From contig JANJGN010000021.1 in assembly GCA_026770705.1 (NCBI GenBank), forward strand, positions 99,138,001 to 99,202,000: 64,000 bases of DNA, given 5' to 3'. Shown here in pieces: positions 1 through 12,829 of the stretch. Each line of letters starts with the position of its first letter. Within the stretch, counting starts at the first letter, position 1. This DNA is from Isurus oxyrinchus. Lineage: Eukaryota. The notes under the pieces are model-generated. The model worked only from the letters and a program-made list of their open reading frames with translations, made no database searches and was not told where the DNA came from. The position numbers and the translations under genes were made by a program.

Positions 1-610
1 ATCTGTGGCAGGCAGGTTGGTGAAGATGAGGTCAAGTATGATTTTCCCTCTTGTTGCTTCCCTCACCACCTGCCGCAGACCCAGCCTAGCAGCTATGTCA
101 TTTAGGGCTCGGACAGTAATGGTGCTACCCAGCCACCCCTGGTGATGGACATTGAAGTCTCCCACCCAGAGTACATTCTGTGCCCTTACTACCCTCAGTG
201 CTTCTTCCAAGGGTGTTCAATATGGAATAGTACTGATTCATCAGCTGAGGGAGGGTGGTACGTGGTAACCAGCAGGTGGTTTCCTCGTCCTTGTTTGACC
301 TGATGCCATGAGATTTCATGGGGTCCAGAGTCGATGTTGAGGACTCACAGGGCAACTCCCTTCTGACTGTATACCACTGTGCCACCACCTCTGCTGGGTC
401 TGTCCTGCTGGTGGAACAGGACATACTCAGGGATGGTGATGGTGGTGTCTTGGACATGGTCTCCAAGGTTTGATTCCATGAGTATGGCTATTCCATGCTG
501 TTGTTTGACTAGTCTATGGGGCAGCTCTCCCAATTTTGGCACAAGTCCCCAGGTGTTAGTAAGGAGGACATCGCAGAGTCAACAGGGCTGAGTTTGCCGT
601 TGTCGTTTCC
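1..610 (-). mobile_element. Non-LTR retrotransposon fragment (CR1/L2-type), AP endonuclease region
   Basis: ORF 345..542 reads ELPHRLVKQQHGIAILMES...IPEYVLFHQQDRPSRGGGTVVY, typical of LINE endonuclease N-terminal motifs; decayed. Confidence 0.75.
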
Positions 611-679
611 AGTGCTTGGGTCAATGGCGGGTGATCAGTATGGTTTCATTCCTTTAAGTAGGCTTCACAGTAATTTGGT

Positions 680-995
680 ATATCTGAGTGCTTTGCTACT
701 CCTTTCAAGAGTCAACCACATTGCTGTGGGTCTGAAATCACATGTGGGCCACACCAGGTAAGGACGGCAGATTTCCTTCCCTGAAGGATATTAATGAGCC
801 TATTGGGGTTTTACAACAATCACCATGGTTTCATGATCACAATTACTGAGACTGAACTTTTAATTCCAGGCTAATTAATCAAATTTAATTTCCACCATCT
901 GCCATGGTGGGATTCGAACCTGTGTACCCAGAGCATTGGCCTGGGCCTCTGGAATACTGACCTGGTGACAATACCACTACACCTCCAGCTCCACC
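680..995 (-). mobile_element. tRNA-derived SINE
   Basis: Pol III B-box GGTTCGAATCCC on - strand at 909-920; body matches the SINE at 28675-29030. Confidence 0.7.
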
Positions 996-2022
996 AAAAG
1001 CTGCTGTAGGTAAGGCTTGGACTCAAAACCTTGGCAATTCAGACACCTCCATATTGCCATTTAATTAGCACACACCAACCGATTTCACCTGTAAAGTTTG
1101 AAAACGTGAAGCCTCGTGACATAATTTCTTTCAGGTATGAACTGGATGTTTGAATTTCTCTATAAAACAAACAGTCTCTCCGGAGATCCTAAAAAGACTA
1201 ATACAATCAACTACATGGAAAGCTCATGATACTGATACTGAGTGTACTCGTGAACTGAAAACCCATCATGGGTTTGTATTCTGTGTCCTCCAGATTCCAC
1301 AGGCTAGTGCCACGCCAGACAAGGTCCAGTTTGTAAAATGTTCCCAAATCCAGTATGTTTAAATGGTTAACACGTGGAACATGCATAAGCACGTTTCCAT
1401 TTTCTGCAATTATCGTCCAAGTTGACATGGTTAACCTGTCATTGCGTGAGCAGGAACATTGAGGCCTCCTCCCTACACACACATGCTCGGTAGTGTTAAT
1501 ATCTGTGAATTGTTCACCTCACATTCTCCATCCATGGGTGACGGCCTCTGTCCTTGATAATCTCCACTTCCTTATCTCACGGAGATATTGATTACAGAGA
1601 TTCCCATTCTCCTTTCATACTGCCTCCTGGATTCACACTGTCCATTCTGGAATACTGGAGAAGATCGAGCTCACCCCCATACACGTGAAAATACATTGAG
1701 GCGCAGCAAGAGGACAGGAATTCGCCAACAAGCTGCCCTTTCCTGGATGATCTCAACCATCTCACCATATTCTCAACTTGTTCAATCACAAACCCATCTC
1801 CTTACCTTCATCAATATAAATATACTTATTTAAAATACTTTGTAAATATCACAATCGGGACAGGGAGAAGGGACTGAATAACCCTCCATTTGTACATGAA
1901 TCATGGTGTCCCACACACTGTACACTCCAATGTCACAGTCTGCAGCATAACAGTGGCTGGGACCCTGCCTGGCACCCATTAAACAGGACATTCTGTGGGA
2001 GATACTACATCACTGATCTTAC

Positions 2023-2283
2023 CGGATGTCTGGTTTGTACTCTTCATTATTGTATTCAGACTCTTTCCTGCCATGTCTGATTGTTTGTTGCTCAGATCTG
2101 TGAGACGTTCCCAGAATTCCACATTGATAGCAACTGCCATGACCTGCAGCCTGGGGATGGTCTGTCAACCATTACTGTCATGATAATTAACTTGAACTCC
2201 ATTGACCAGAGTAACTTTTGAAACCTCAGGAAATCCTGTGATTCCAGAGACTGCAGTGTATATCACAGAAAATAAATTAGTGT
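2023..2283 (-). pseudogene. MHC class I-like gene A, alpha1 exon (in-frame TGA at 2165-2167)
   Basis: ttttccag acceptor and G|gtaag donor; 261 bp, same length as B alpha1; DTNLFSVIYTAVSGITGFPEVSKVTLVNGVQVNYHDSNG*QTIPRLQVMAVAINVEFWERLTDLSNKQSDMAGKSLNTIMKSTNQTS. Confidence 0.9.
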
Positions 2284-2330
2284 CTGGAAAACAAAAAAAA
2301 TTAAAGGTAGCTTAATAAACATTTACACAC

Positions 2331-3381
2331 TGTTATGGACAGAGTGAGAGAGAACTGCTGAAATTCCTGTTCCTTCTGTCTGTAACCAGTAAGCTTTTGA
2401 CAAGAGGTGTGCATGTGTGTGTGTGTGTGTGTTTTAACACCTTAGAGTGTGGAGAATTTGATGAACCAACAACAAGCTTCTTGTGGGTTTAAATAAAGAA
2501 AGATGGTTGCATGATTAATCACTTACCCTGAAATCTAACACTACGGCACCAACTCACACATACACATATACAAACACATTCAAGCAAAGTACAGTTGACG
2601 TGAATAGTGCGCTTTTACAAGTTATAAACAAAAGGAATAGTTCATAATTCACATGATTGCCTTGCTCGGGAAAACGTGTTACAAATCTGATAAAAAGATG
2701 TCCTGACTCTTGAAGTGTAGTTTGAGTGAATTTAACAGACAAAGTGTAAGGCCGCAGCTGTTTCAGGATTCTCTTGAGGACATCATGCAGGTCATGAAGC
2801 TGGTTGCCTGTAATCTCAGAACGATAGAGGTCAGTATCCTGTATTCTTGTTCCTAAAGTGGTACAGGTTTGGAGACCTCACAATGTTATGGTCTCCAGTT
2901 CTTAAGGCATAGACGTTATTGTCCTTTCTACCCTAACTTTCTGCAGACAGCAGATATAGATTAAAAGGAGATAAACGTGACTTCTCACTACCATGTGACT
3001 TCTCACTGTTCCTTTTTGAAATTGTGGTGGTGTCACCAGGTTAATAAGCCACATCCTGGTTTATTGTTTTAAGACATTCATCCTGAGGAGGTTAAGACTT
3101 TCACCTTCTTTGTTCCAATTCGGGAATGTCTTTTGATGGTCTTGGGGTACGTGTAGTTAACAACTTATCACCTGGGTTTTGCCCTTTTGTCTCAGTTAGA
3201 CAGTGAGTTGGTTTTTAATTATACAGGGGATGTCACCTGATCACCTTTGTGCATCTGATCAATGGCCTTGAAAGCACCTTAGTATCACATTGAAGCACAT
3301 TGCCAACTTCTTAAAGGGAAAGTCAGTTTGAAAGTATCCACCTTGAATAAAGTTCATTTCTGAAAATTTATGAATATAACA
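2331..3381. mobile_element. LTR-like element in gene A intron 1
   Basis: Termini TGTTAT...ATAACA (6-bp inverted ends); starts where homology with B intron 1 breaks; no clear TSD. Confidence 0.5.
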
Positions 3382-3444
3382 TGTCTATTCTGGGCTGACT
3401 GTTCCCATCACGAGGAAAAAAATGGAATCTTGACTATATATCCG

Positions 3445-4255
3445 AATGCAGCAAGGTCTGGACGATATCCAGGCTTGGGCTGACAAGTGGCAAGTAACAT
3501 TCACACCAAACAAGTGCCAGGCAATTACCATCTCCAACAAGAGGGAATCTAGCCATTGACATTCAATGGCATTACCATCACTGAATCCCCCACTATCAAC
3601 ATCCTGGGGGTTTACCATTGACCAGAAACTGAACTGGACTAGCCATATAAATACTGTGACTACAAGAGCAGATCAGAGGCTAGGAATTTTGAGCCAAGTA
3701 ACTACCTCCTGACTCCCCAAATCCTGTCCATCATCTACTAAGCACAAGTCAGGAGTGTGATGGGATATTCCCCACTTGCCTGGATGAGTGCATCCCAACA
3801 ACACTCAAAAAGCCTGACACCATCCAGGACAAAGCAGTCCACTTGATTGGCACCCCTTCCACAAACATTCACTTCCTCCACCACCGATGCACAGTGGCAG
3901 CAGTGTGTACCTTCTTCAAGATGTGCTGCATTAACTCAACAAAGCTCCTTCAACAGCACCTCCCAAACCCACAACCACTACCATCTAGAAGGACAAGGGC
4001 AGCAGGTACATGGGAACACCGCCACCTGGAAGTTCCCTTGCAAGCCACTCACCATCCTGACTTGGAAATATATCACCGTTCCTTCCTTCCAAAATCCTGC
4101 AACTCCCTCCCTAACAGCACTGTGGATGTACCTACACCACATGGACTGTAGCGGTCCAGGAAGGCAGTTCACCACCACCTTCTCAAGGGCAATTAAGGAT
4201 GGGCAATAAATGCTGGCCCAGCCAGTGACACCCACATCTCGTGAATAAATAAAAC
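3445..4255 (+). mobile_element. LINE 3' fragment (RT C-terminus and tail)
   Basis: Decayed RT C-terminal motifs (IQAWADKWQVTF); tail GGGCAATAAATGCTGGCCCAGCC resembles tails at ~28975 and ~60570. Confidence 0.75.
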
Positions 4256-7200
4256 AGAAACATTTTTTCCCTGGTTTTCCTGGTGAAGCAAGAGAAACAT
4301 GAACATCTCAAGCCCACACTCTGCTCTCATTCAGGTATCCACACATCCATCTTCCAACTGCTCCAGCTGCCACTGTCTGCAACAGTTAATTTTTCTGTTT
4401 CAGCTTTCAGTTCCTCATTGTCCTTTTTGGATGAGGTACACTTTTAATGAATTTCTTTTGGGTCTTGAAGTTTGGCTCTCGGAAGGCTTTAGTTCAGGAA
4501 CCTTGTGCCTTCTATCCTTTCTCCACTGTTTGTAGGAGTTTGGACATTTTAATCCAACAGGCATATTCCTCTAGACATACAGCCTGAATTTTCAGGCAGA
4601 TGGAGAGCCTCTCCATCGTTATGGAAATGGCGGCATAGACCTGTAGGAGAATGGGGGCGGATTCTAATGTGCACATCTGTAATGCACAGAGGCAACTTGT
4701 TAAACAGCTGCCTCAGGCTGATGTGATTTTTGTCAGTGGGGTGTCCAAGACATGGCTTGTGCACTTAGGCCTGGTAGAAGAAGGGCTAAAGCTACCAGTG
4801 CTGTTTGGAGAAGAAGAGTACTCGTTTGAAGAAATAAGGTGCCCCTTTGCATGTGATCGCATTATACATTTGGGGGAGGTCAGGTGCCCTTTGGAAGAGG
4901 TCAAGTGTCCTTTTGAATTAGTAAAAGTAGACAGAAACGTGTGTTAAAAAGTGCTTAATCTCATTGGAACTGCCAAGGTCATTGGAACTGTCAAGGTAAC
5001 TATCAAAAGAGTTGTCAACATTGCTGTCAGGAGAACAGAAAGCTTTATGGCATTTTGATCTCCTGCCTTTTAAATGTTTGGAAAAAAAAACTGTGCAGTA
5101 TTCAAGAAAAATCAGTGATTGCTATTTCGCTCTATCTGTTGCCATAAGGCTGAGGTCTCTCATTACAGGGTAGGTGTTCATGACTGATTTCACAACCTTT
5201 CATTATCACTGTGGGGTGTCTGTCAGTTCACAATTCAATTGACAGCTCCAAGTGGTTATAAACTCTTTGAAGTGATTCCATGAATTCAAATGCTTGATTT
5301 CTAAGGAATTAAAGGAAGTTAAATGTAGCAAATATGTTTTTATCAATGCGAGTGTTTCTTTTTTAAATACTGAATTCATCAATAGACACTTAAGAACTTT
5401 CTTTAATCAGTATTGGTCTTGTGGTCTATCAATAGTGCATACTGGGTGAGTTGGCATGGTAGGTTTAGGGGGGAAGGGTGGTGGGTAGGGGGCATGGGTT
5501 GACATGAGTTGACATGGGATCTATGAAGGGCTATGGGGTGGGTGAAGGGCATTGGTTGGTATGGAGCATATGAGGGGCCCCTGGGGGATGGGTACAAGGG
5601 CATATGTTGGCATGGAGGGTATTGTTTTGTCAATAAGACATGAAAGAAATCAAAACTGTGTACATCAGCCTTTATTCCTTTTTGCTATTTTTTAAATGGA
5701 CTTACTGCTGAACCAAAAAGATGGCTGCTATAAGTCACATGATCATAGGATTGGCCCTTTGTTCTGGAAGCTATCAATAGGAGTTAAAAGAAACAAAGAA
5801 TCCTTCTCTCAGCTTTGTGGAATCTCACACCCAATTGTAGGGACATTATAATCACAAAACCAGGCAGCCTGCAGAACAAAACTTGTTATTCCTGCAGAGC
5901 AGATTTGCTAACAGACCCATCTCATGCCTGGGGTTTTCCAAGTCCATTTCAGAATGAGATCATTGACATTGACCATGGGCTTCATTTGCATCTTGATAAG
6001 CTTACCCTTCAAGCAGAGTCAGAGGGTCTGTCCAGACAATGGCTTTCCTGACACAAGGTCCTTAACCTGGATGGTAGCTCTTTCAAAATCTAATGGCTGG
6101 GATATTATCAGTCCCGAAGCCAAAGCCAGCCCCAGACACTAGATAAACATCCCTTTTGAAATCATTGTAGGGAAAGAAGGTCACGTGACTCGAGTGGCTA
6201 TTCCAAAACCTCTATTTTCCTTTGGGAATTGAGAAATCCTCAGTCTGCTGAATTGCCAAGTAATCGAACAGACCAGCAGCAGGGCTCCCAGCTGACCAAG
6301 CAGCGGGTCACCATGTCTCAGCTCCCTGATGCCTATTTGTTTTAATCAGTCTCTGATCATCACCTGCCAAATGGTCTCAACATAGAAACCCCATCATGCT
6401 GCATTGTCATCCCTTTCAAGGATTTTCCTGTTGCTGTCTCCAAACAGGAACTCATCTGGACTGAAGTCCACCACAAAGGATGTTGACATTGAGCCCCTCT
6501 ATTCTATCACCCCTTGATGTATATGAGTCTTTGAGGTTGAGAGTGATCCCACCCCAAACCCCGCTGCCCACCCAGCCTCCCACTCCCGGGTTTCAATGTA
6601 CAATAAACTAATCTTCTGAGTTAATCACTAAGAGAGTTTGCTGCGTGTTACCTATAAAATCGTACCTCACAAACTTTGGGTCAGGGAAACACACCACAGC
6701 TTAGTTTAAAAATAATTCAAAACCATCTCTGCTCACGGCCAGATGGGGAGAAGATGGAGAAGTTCAGTTTGTCTCTCTCTCCTATCCAGAACAGTATGAG
6801 GTGCCATGCGAGGTGAGTGGGCATGGGGGGGCATGGGCTGTTAGGGATGGGCCATAGGAATGTGGCAGGAGGATGAGGGGGTCTGAGGGCTGCTTTTTGT
6901 TTTATTCCTTTCTCCATTTCTCCGCTAAAGGTAGAGCACTGGGGCCAAGCTTCCAAGCAGCGCACCCCCACGCCCGGCACGTTCCAAACTCTTTCTGGGG
7001 TCGCCCACCATCAGCTTCCAAGCAGCGCACCCCCACGCCTGGCACATTCCAAACTCTTTCTGGGCTCACCCACCATGACTCCCATTGTCGCCTTGTGCCT
7101 CCCTTACTGGCTGTACCCCCACACACCCTTCGCTCCCTGCCCCGCGAACAAATGGAACCAGATTCTGACCATCTGAAGCAACTTGCCCCAGGTGGGGTTT

Positions 7201-7362
7201 TCACAGCTGGGACTTGTACTATCTCTGTGTCCCTGACCCAGGGGTGAAAATTCAGGCCATAGTCTCCAGTGAGTTTAAGGCTAAGTGGAATCAAAAATAG
7301 GACTTCTGAGTCCATGAGGAGATCGAATGTGGCTGCTGAAGAAATCTCTTTTCTGTTACAAG

Positions 7363-8606
7363 GGGCAGAAACGGTTCAGATTTGCACTAAGTGCTGTATC
7401 TGGCGTGAAAAAGGGCGTTTTACCCATCGGCCAGAACGAGTTTTCACACCGTATCCCCTGCTTCCCACCTCATTAATTATACAGCCACAGGAAACACACG
7501 TCTCGCTGCCGGGCAGCCTCTGAATCGCCCGCCTCACCGTTTCCGCACTCCCAGTGCCACATCCAAACTGCAGCCACGCACACAGTTCTCAATGCTTGCA
7601 GCCCAGGTCTGCTCCAGTGAAGACATGGCCCTGAAAGCCAGGAAGAGTTCAGTGACCCATCACTGGTTTGCCTTTCAGGGGCCTGTCGTGATGTCCTCCA
7701 CCCCCACTCTGTCCGCAGGAGGTCCAGCAACCTCACCACTCCGGCTTGAGAGGTGGTGGCAGTGGTGGTCAGTGCCAACGCTGTACAGAAGACGTTGTCT
7801 ATCCAGTTTAGAAAGAGGATGAATGATCTCACCTGTACTGCCAGGGTAATGCAACCATCTCATCACTCTAAACTCACACAGTCACAAAGCCATCACACAT
7901 TCACTGGCATCTCACTCACTCCCAGCTCAAGGAGCATCACCGCCCACTCTCTCACAGACACCCTCACATCTCCATCTCGCCTCATCTCCTCTGGAGACTG
8001 CCTCCTCACCATCTCGAGGTCACTTGCACAGATCAACACATGCCCCCCACACACACCCTGGGTTACCCTCCTTCCCCAGTACAGCCCTCATTCTGCAGCC
8101 TCTTCCCTTACCTGAGGCCACTTCTCCCCTTTCCCCAAGCAAGTCCTAGTCTTGCAGCCATTGAAAAGTCACCCTCGCCTTACAGCTGGTCTGGTAGTTA
8201 GAAGCCTGCCTGTGAGCTCCTGTAAAGGTGATGTGGTGCTGCCTGTGAAGCCTGGCACTGGTGCTGCTTTAGGCAATCAAACCTCGAAGTCCCGAGTGAA
8301 GAGCAGCTCACTAGATGCACGTTGTTTACGTCCAGTTGTGAAACACGGTGATCTGCAATCACACCGACGTGCCTGGGTGATCCAGCGTAGGGGGATGATT
8401 CTGGCGAGCAGGGCTTATAATGAGATGCCAAAGTATTGAAATTAGGTTCCTGATGCGCAGCAGGTAACTTGTCTCAATATTGACAGGCAGAGCAGGCGAT
8501 CGTAAACTGGTTTTAGAGCCACGTGAAACCAATTTCTGTGATCTCCCGATATCTTCCCTCCCGCCTGCTATGATGTAACTGCAAACAGGAGTGAACGATT
8601 CTGCCA
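7363..8606 (+). mobile_element. Non-autonomous Harbinger-type element with Myb/SANT remnant
   Basis: Imperfect TIRs GGCAGAAACGGTTC / GAACGATTCTGCC; decayed VAVVVSANAVQK...RKRMNDL; related to the element at 51399. Confidence 0.55.
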
Positions 8607-8869
8607 AGGGTTTGGAATATGCAAATTTCTGTGACTGCATTTTTGTGCCTGCTTTAAAGTCTTTAACCCCTGAACTGCTGCTTCCACTACCAATGGGTTT
8701 AATCATTCAAGTTCTGGCACATTGATCATTCTTACCTCCAGGGTGACAGTGGGTGATAGACTCTCCTTAATCACCTGTACTGTGTCTTGACTCTCCTCCT
8801 GCACTTTGTTGTTCGTAGATTCTGACTAAATTGTTGGGTTTGGCCAGCTTTGAAAATTTAAACTTAAAC

Positions 8870-10545
8870 TCATAGATTCATAGATGTTTACAGCACAGAA
8901 GGAGGCCATTCAACCCATCATGTCTGTGCCACAACCTCAGTTGTGGCCTAACCAGTGCTTTATACAGTTTCAGCATAACCTCCCTGCTCTTGCATTCTAT
9001 GGCTCGGCTAATAAAGTCAAGTATCCCATATGCCTTCTTCACCAGCTTATCTACCTGGCCTGCTATCTTCAGGGAATTGTGGTTATGCACAAGGTCCCTC
9101 TGATCTTCAGTGCTTTCCAGGGTCCTACCATTCAGAGTGTAATCCCTTGCCTTGTTAGCCCTCCCCAAGTGCATTACCTCATACTTTTCTGGATTGAATT
9201 CCATTTGTCACTGCTCTGCCCACCTGACCAGTCCACTGATATCCTCCTGCAGCTTTCGGCTAACCTCCACACTATTTAACAACATTCATATACCTCTTGA
9301 TCATGCCCCCTACATTTAAGTCCAAATCATTTATGTACACCAGAAACAGCAAGAACCCAGCACTGGGCCTCTTGGAAACCCACTTCCAGTCACAGAAACA
9401 TCCCTCCACCATCACCCTCTGCTTTCTGCCTCTCAGCTAATTTTGGATCCAATGTGCCACTTTGCTTAGACCCCATGGGCTCTTACTTTCTTGACCAGTC
9501 TGCCACGAGGGACCTTATCAAAAGCCTTGCTAAAGTCCATGTAGACCACATCAAATGCATTACCCTCATCAACCCTCCTGGCTCCCATCAAAATCAAAAA
9601 TACCATTAAATTTGTCAAACATGACCTTCCCGTAACAAATCCATGCTGACTACCCCGATTAATCTGTGTCTCTCTAAGTGCAGATACATTCTGTCCCTTA
9701 GGATTCTTTCGAGTAACTTCCCCAACACCGAGGTTAGACTAACTGACCTGGAATTTCTTGGTCTATCCCTTCCCACCTTTTTTAATAACAGGACAACTTT
9801 AGCAGTCCTCCAGTCCTCTGGCGCCTCACCTGTGGCCAGAGAGGATTTGAAAGTTACTGCCACAGCCCCTGTTATCTCTTCCCTTGCCTCCCTCATCTGC
9901 CTGGGATACATCTCATCTGGGCCTACGGATTTATCCACTTTTAAGGCCACTAAACCTGCTACTACCTCCTCTCTCTCTGTTAATTTCCTCTAATATTTCA
10001 CAGTCCCCCACCCTGATGTCTATACCTGCGTCGTCCTTTTCCATTGTGAAGACCAAAGCAAAGTATTCATTGAGGACTATACATCTTCCGGGTCCACACA
10101 CAGATTACCTCTATGGTCCCTAATTGGCCCTGCTCTTTCCCGAGTTATTCTCTTGCCCTTTATATATTTAAAAAACCCCTTTGGGTTTTCCTTTATTCTA
10201 TCCACCAATGCTTTCTCATGCACTCTCTTAGCTTTCCTAATTTCCTTTTTAAGTTCCCCTCTGCACTTCTTATACTCTTCTAGGGACTCTGCCATATTGA
10301 GGCCTCGGTATCTGCCATAAGCTTCTCTTTTTTTAAAATCCTAACCTTTATGTCCCTTGATATCCAGGTTCCCTGGACTTGTCACCAGCTTTGTCATTAT
10401 GGGAATATATTTGCCCTGTATTCTCGCTATTTCCTTCTTGAATGCCTCCCATTGCTCTGACATAGTTTTACCTGCAAGTGGCTGCCCACAGTCCACTTGG
10501 GCCAAATCGTCTCTCACCTTAGTAACTTGACTGCTTGATCCTCCA
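8870..10545 (-). mobile_element. CR1-type LINE fragment
   Basis: MEFNPEKYEVMHLG; KVDKSVGPDEMYPR; PEDWRTAKVV; RSVSLTSVLGKLLE; IKENPKGFFKYI. Confidence 0.85.
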
Positions 10546-10554
10546 GTGGGCAAA

Positions 10555-11690
10555 TCAACAATGACTTTACTTTTATTTTCCTTGTGGTTTTCACAAGTGC
10601 ACCTTAGGGAGCAACGCCCTCCCTTTCCCCCTTACATTGTGGATGGCTTTTACCCCAATATGTCTCCTATGTCCTCTGGGGCATGACTGCTTGCAGGTGG
10701 CTGTCCAGCTTCTGCTGTATTTCCTGGTGGTACTTCAATTAGGTGAGGAATTTACCTCACTTTTCGCCTGCCTGTTTGGGTACTTTCCTTGCCTTTATTT
10801 AAATCCTTAAACACCGTTCCTGCCAACCAGACCTCTGGTACATTCCCTTTGACCTCTGCTGCTTTTACCTCAGCTCCTTTACATTCCTCTGTCTTGGCCT
10901 CCTGAAATCCTACTGGCTTTCCTTTAGCCTCTTTCACCTTTACTGGCCCTATCGTCCCCTGTTGGGATTTTGGGACTTCGTCAGCCCCCTGCAGCTGCAG
11001 AATTTTGCTTCTTCCCCTCAGTAGCTCCATCTCCGTGGGCTGTTCTAGACCCTCTAGAAACAATATCATTCTTCCCCACAAGGCACTGCCCAGCAATAGG
11101 CTGACCCTCTGCATTGGGAAGTTCAGAATGACCCCGACCATCACTACATTGGTGACCAGCTTACTGTGTAAGCAAACGGTAAATAAGGGAAGATGAAAAC
11201 ATTTGCCAGGAAGCCCTTTTACCAACACCGTGGTGTTTGTCCTGTGTTCAGGTGACATCTCTGTGTTTGAAGCCAACTACTAACCCTGAGGACAGTGATC
11301 TCTTTTCCTGGTGACTGGGATACAAAAGACTTCATTTTCTCTTTTCACAAAATGTTCTTGCAGCCAATGTGGTTCTCACCGATTAGGTTTGAGCAGAGGC
11401 CGATCACGTTCATGGCTGCAGACACTGTTCTGACTGCATCGCCTTCTGTTGGCTTTTTTTGGAACGACAACAATATTCCCTCATATTCCCAGACTTCACA
11501 CACTGAAAACATACTGGTTGTGCCCCTGCTGGTTTACCATCCTGGTTCCTGCTTTTAAAAGTTGGAGACTGCTCTATTTCCCTTCCCTGCTCTCCTTTTC
11601 ACTCAAGCCCATTTCTACTTCATCTGCATCCACCATATCTCTCCCTAGCTTGTAAGAGTTACCAGATCCAAGCTTATTTTGAGTTAGAGG
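10555..11690 (-). mobile_element. Ty3/Gypsy LTR retrotransposon remnant (gag zinc knuckle and protease region)
   Basis: Decayed knuckle CFQCVKSGNMREYC at ~11470-11515; ORF 10752..11276 LHSKLVTNVVMVGVILNFPMQRVSLLLGSALWG resembles the Gypsy protease C-terminal half. Confidence 0.6.
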
Positions 11691-12473
11691 TTGGGTTGTC
11701 AATTCACAGTGGTCTGATATTGAGCAGGTCCGTCTGACCAAGGAACATCTGGAGAGAGATATTGAGGAGGCCTGACCAGAGAACATCTGGAGTGAGGAAT
11801 TCAGGACAACCCAAGGGCAGGTCTGTTGTTTATCATCATAACCAGGGAATATGTGGTGTGAGTGAATTCCAGACTGAAATGAAGAGAAACAGGAATATTT
11901 GGGAGGATGAAGTCTGATACCATAGTGGAGGAACAGTCACTATGAACAGTCTGACTGTCAAACAGGGTGATGGACAATCCAGAGCAGGATCTTCACTGTC
12001 CCTCACAGAGCTTTTTAATCACCCCTTTATACAGGGTCAGGAGGATGGTGGTGGTCTGAGATAATCTGGCCTGTTCAACCGTGAGGGCATCACAGCTGAT
12101 CCTGGGGTGGGTTAAACATGGATTATCCTTCTCCTTTCCGTAGTGTTTTGAAGACCTTAGACCAGGAGTGATGAAACTGTTTTGCTTCTCCCAATCAATG
12201 TGAAAATTAAAAGTGTCCATTTGAACCATTTTCCATTTGCTCCAAGCTTCTCTGCTCTCGGTGTTTCTACATCCTGCTGTCAGGAGAGTTGGACACAAAT
12301 CCCATCAGGGTCTTAGAGACTGTGCTGACTTCAATGGTGTAAAATATCAGGCTGCCTGTATAACAGGGGGCTGATCAAACATCACCCATTTCAAACTCTC
12401 ACCGAAAGATTCCAATTAACCCCAGAGAGAGGGAGAGAGTGAGTGAGAATGGAGGTCTGAATTCTGTACTTAC

Positions 12474-12525
12474 CGGGAGAGACCCAGGAAAAACACAGGG
12501 AGATGGAGAAAAGGATCAGCAACAT
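12474..12525 (-). CDS. MHC class I-like gene A, leader exon
   Basis: ATG...MLLILFSISLCFSWVSP G|gtaagt; hydrophobic signal peptide, phase 1; identical to the gene B leader. Confidence 0.85.
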
Positions 12526-12548
12526 TCTGGGAATCCACTCTCCATGTT

Positions 12549-12590
12549 CCAATCAGGGGCTGGTAATGAAACATTCTGAGGGGGGAAACT
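12549..12590 (-). promoter_or_regulatory. Gene A proximal promoter motifs (CCAAT/Y-box, ISRE-like)
   Basis: CTGATTGG at 12549-12556 and GTTTCATTAC / AGTTTCCC on - strand; mirror of the gene B promoter. Confidence 0.45.
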
Positions 12591-12829
12591 AATACTGTTT
12601 ATAAACTGGGGAAAAACAACAAAAATAACAAATTTATCGAGGATCCATTTTCCTGTTTAACTCGAAACTTGATCATTTCCTTTTTATAGAACCAGAGGGT
12701 GAATGATTGGTTAGTTTCAGAAAAATAGCCAATTAAATGGATAGAGTCTTTTGTCACCAGTTACCAGGAAGATCAAACACTGACACAATAAAGCTGAAAT
12801 TTCAGCAGGAAGCAGGATCCGGGTATGTT

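Noticed and set aside
4270-6720. Possible further LTR/gag remnants
   Set aside because: Suggestive composition only; no diagnostic motif or termini identified
12516-12545. Out-of-frame upstream ATG (MESGFPECC*) unique to gene A
   Set aside because: Only a few nt from the CCAAT box, so it may not be transcribed; A also has a downstream stop
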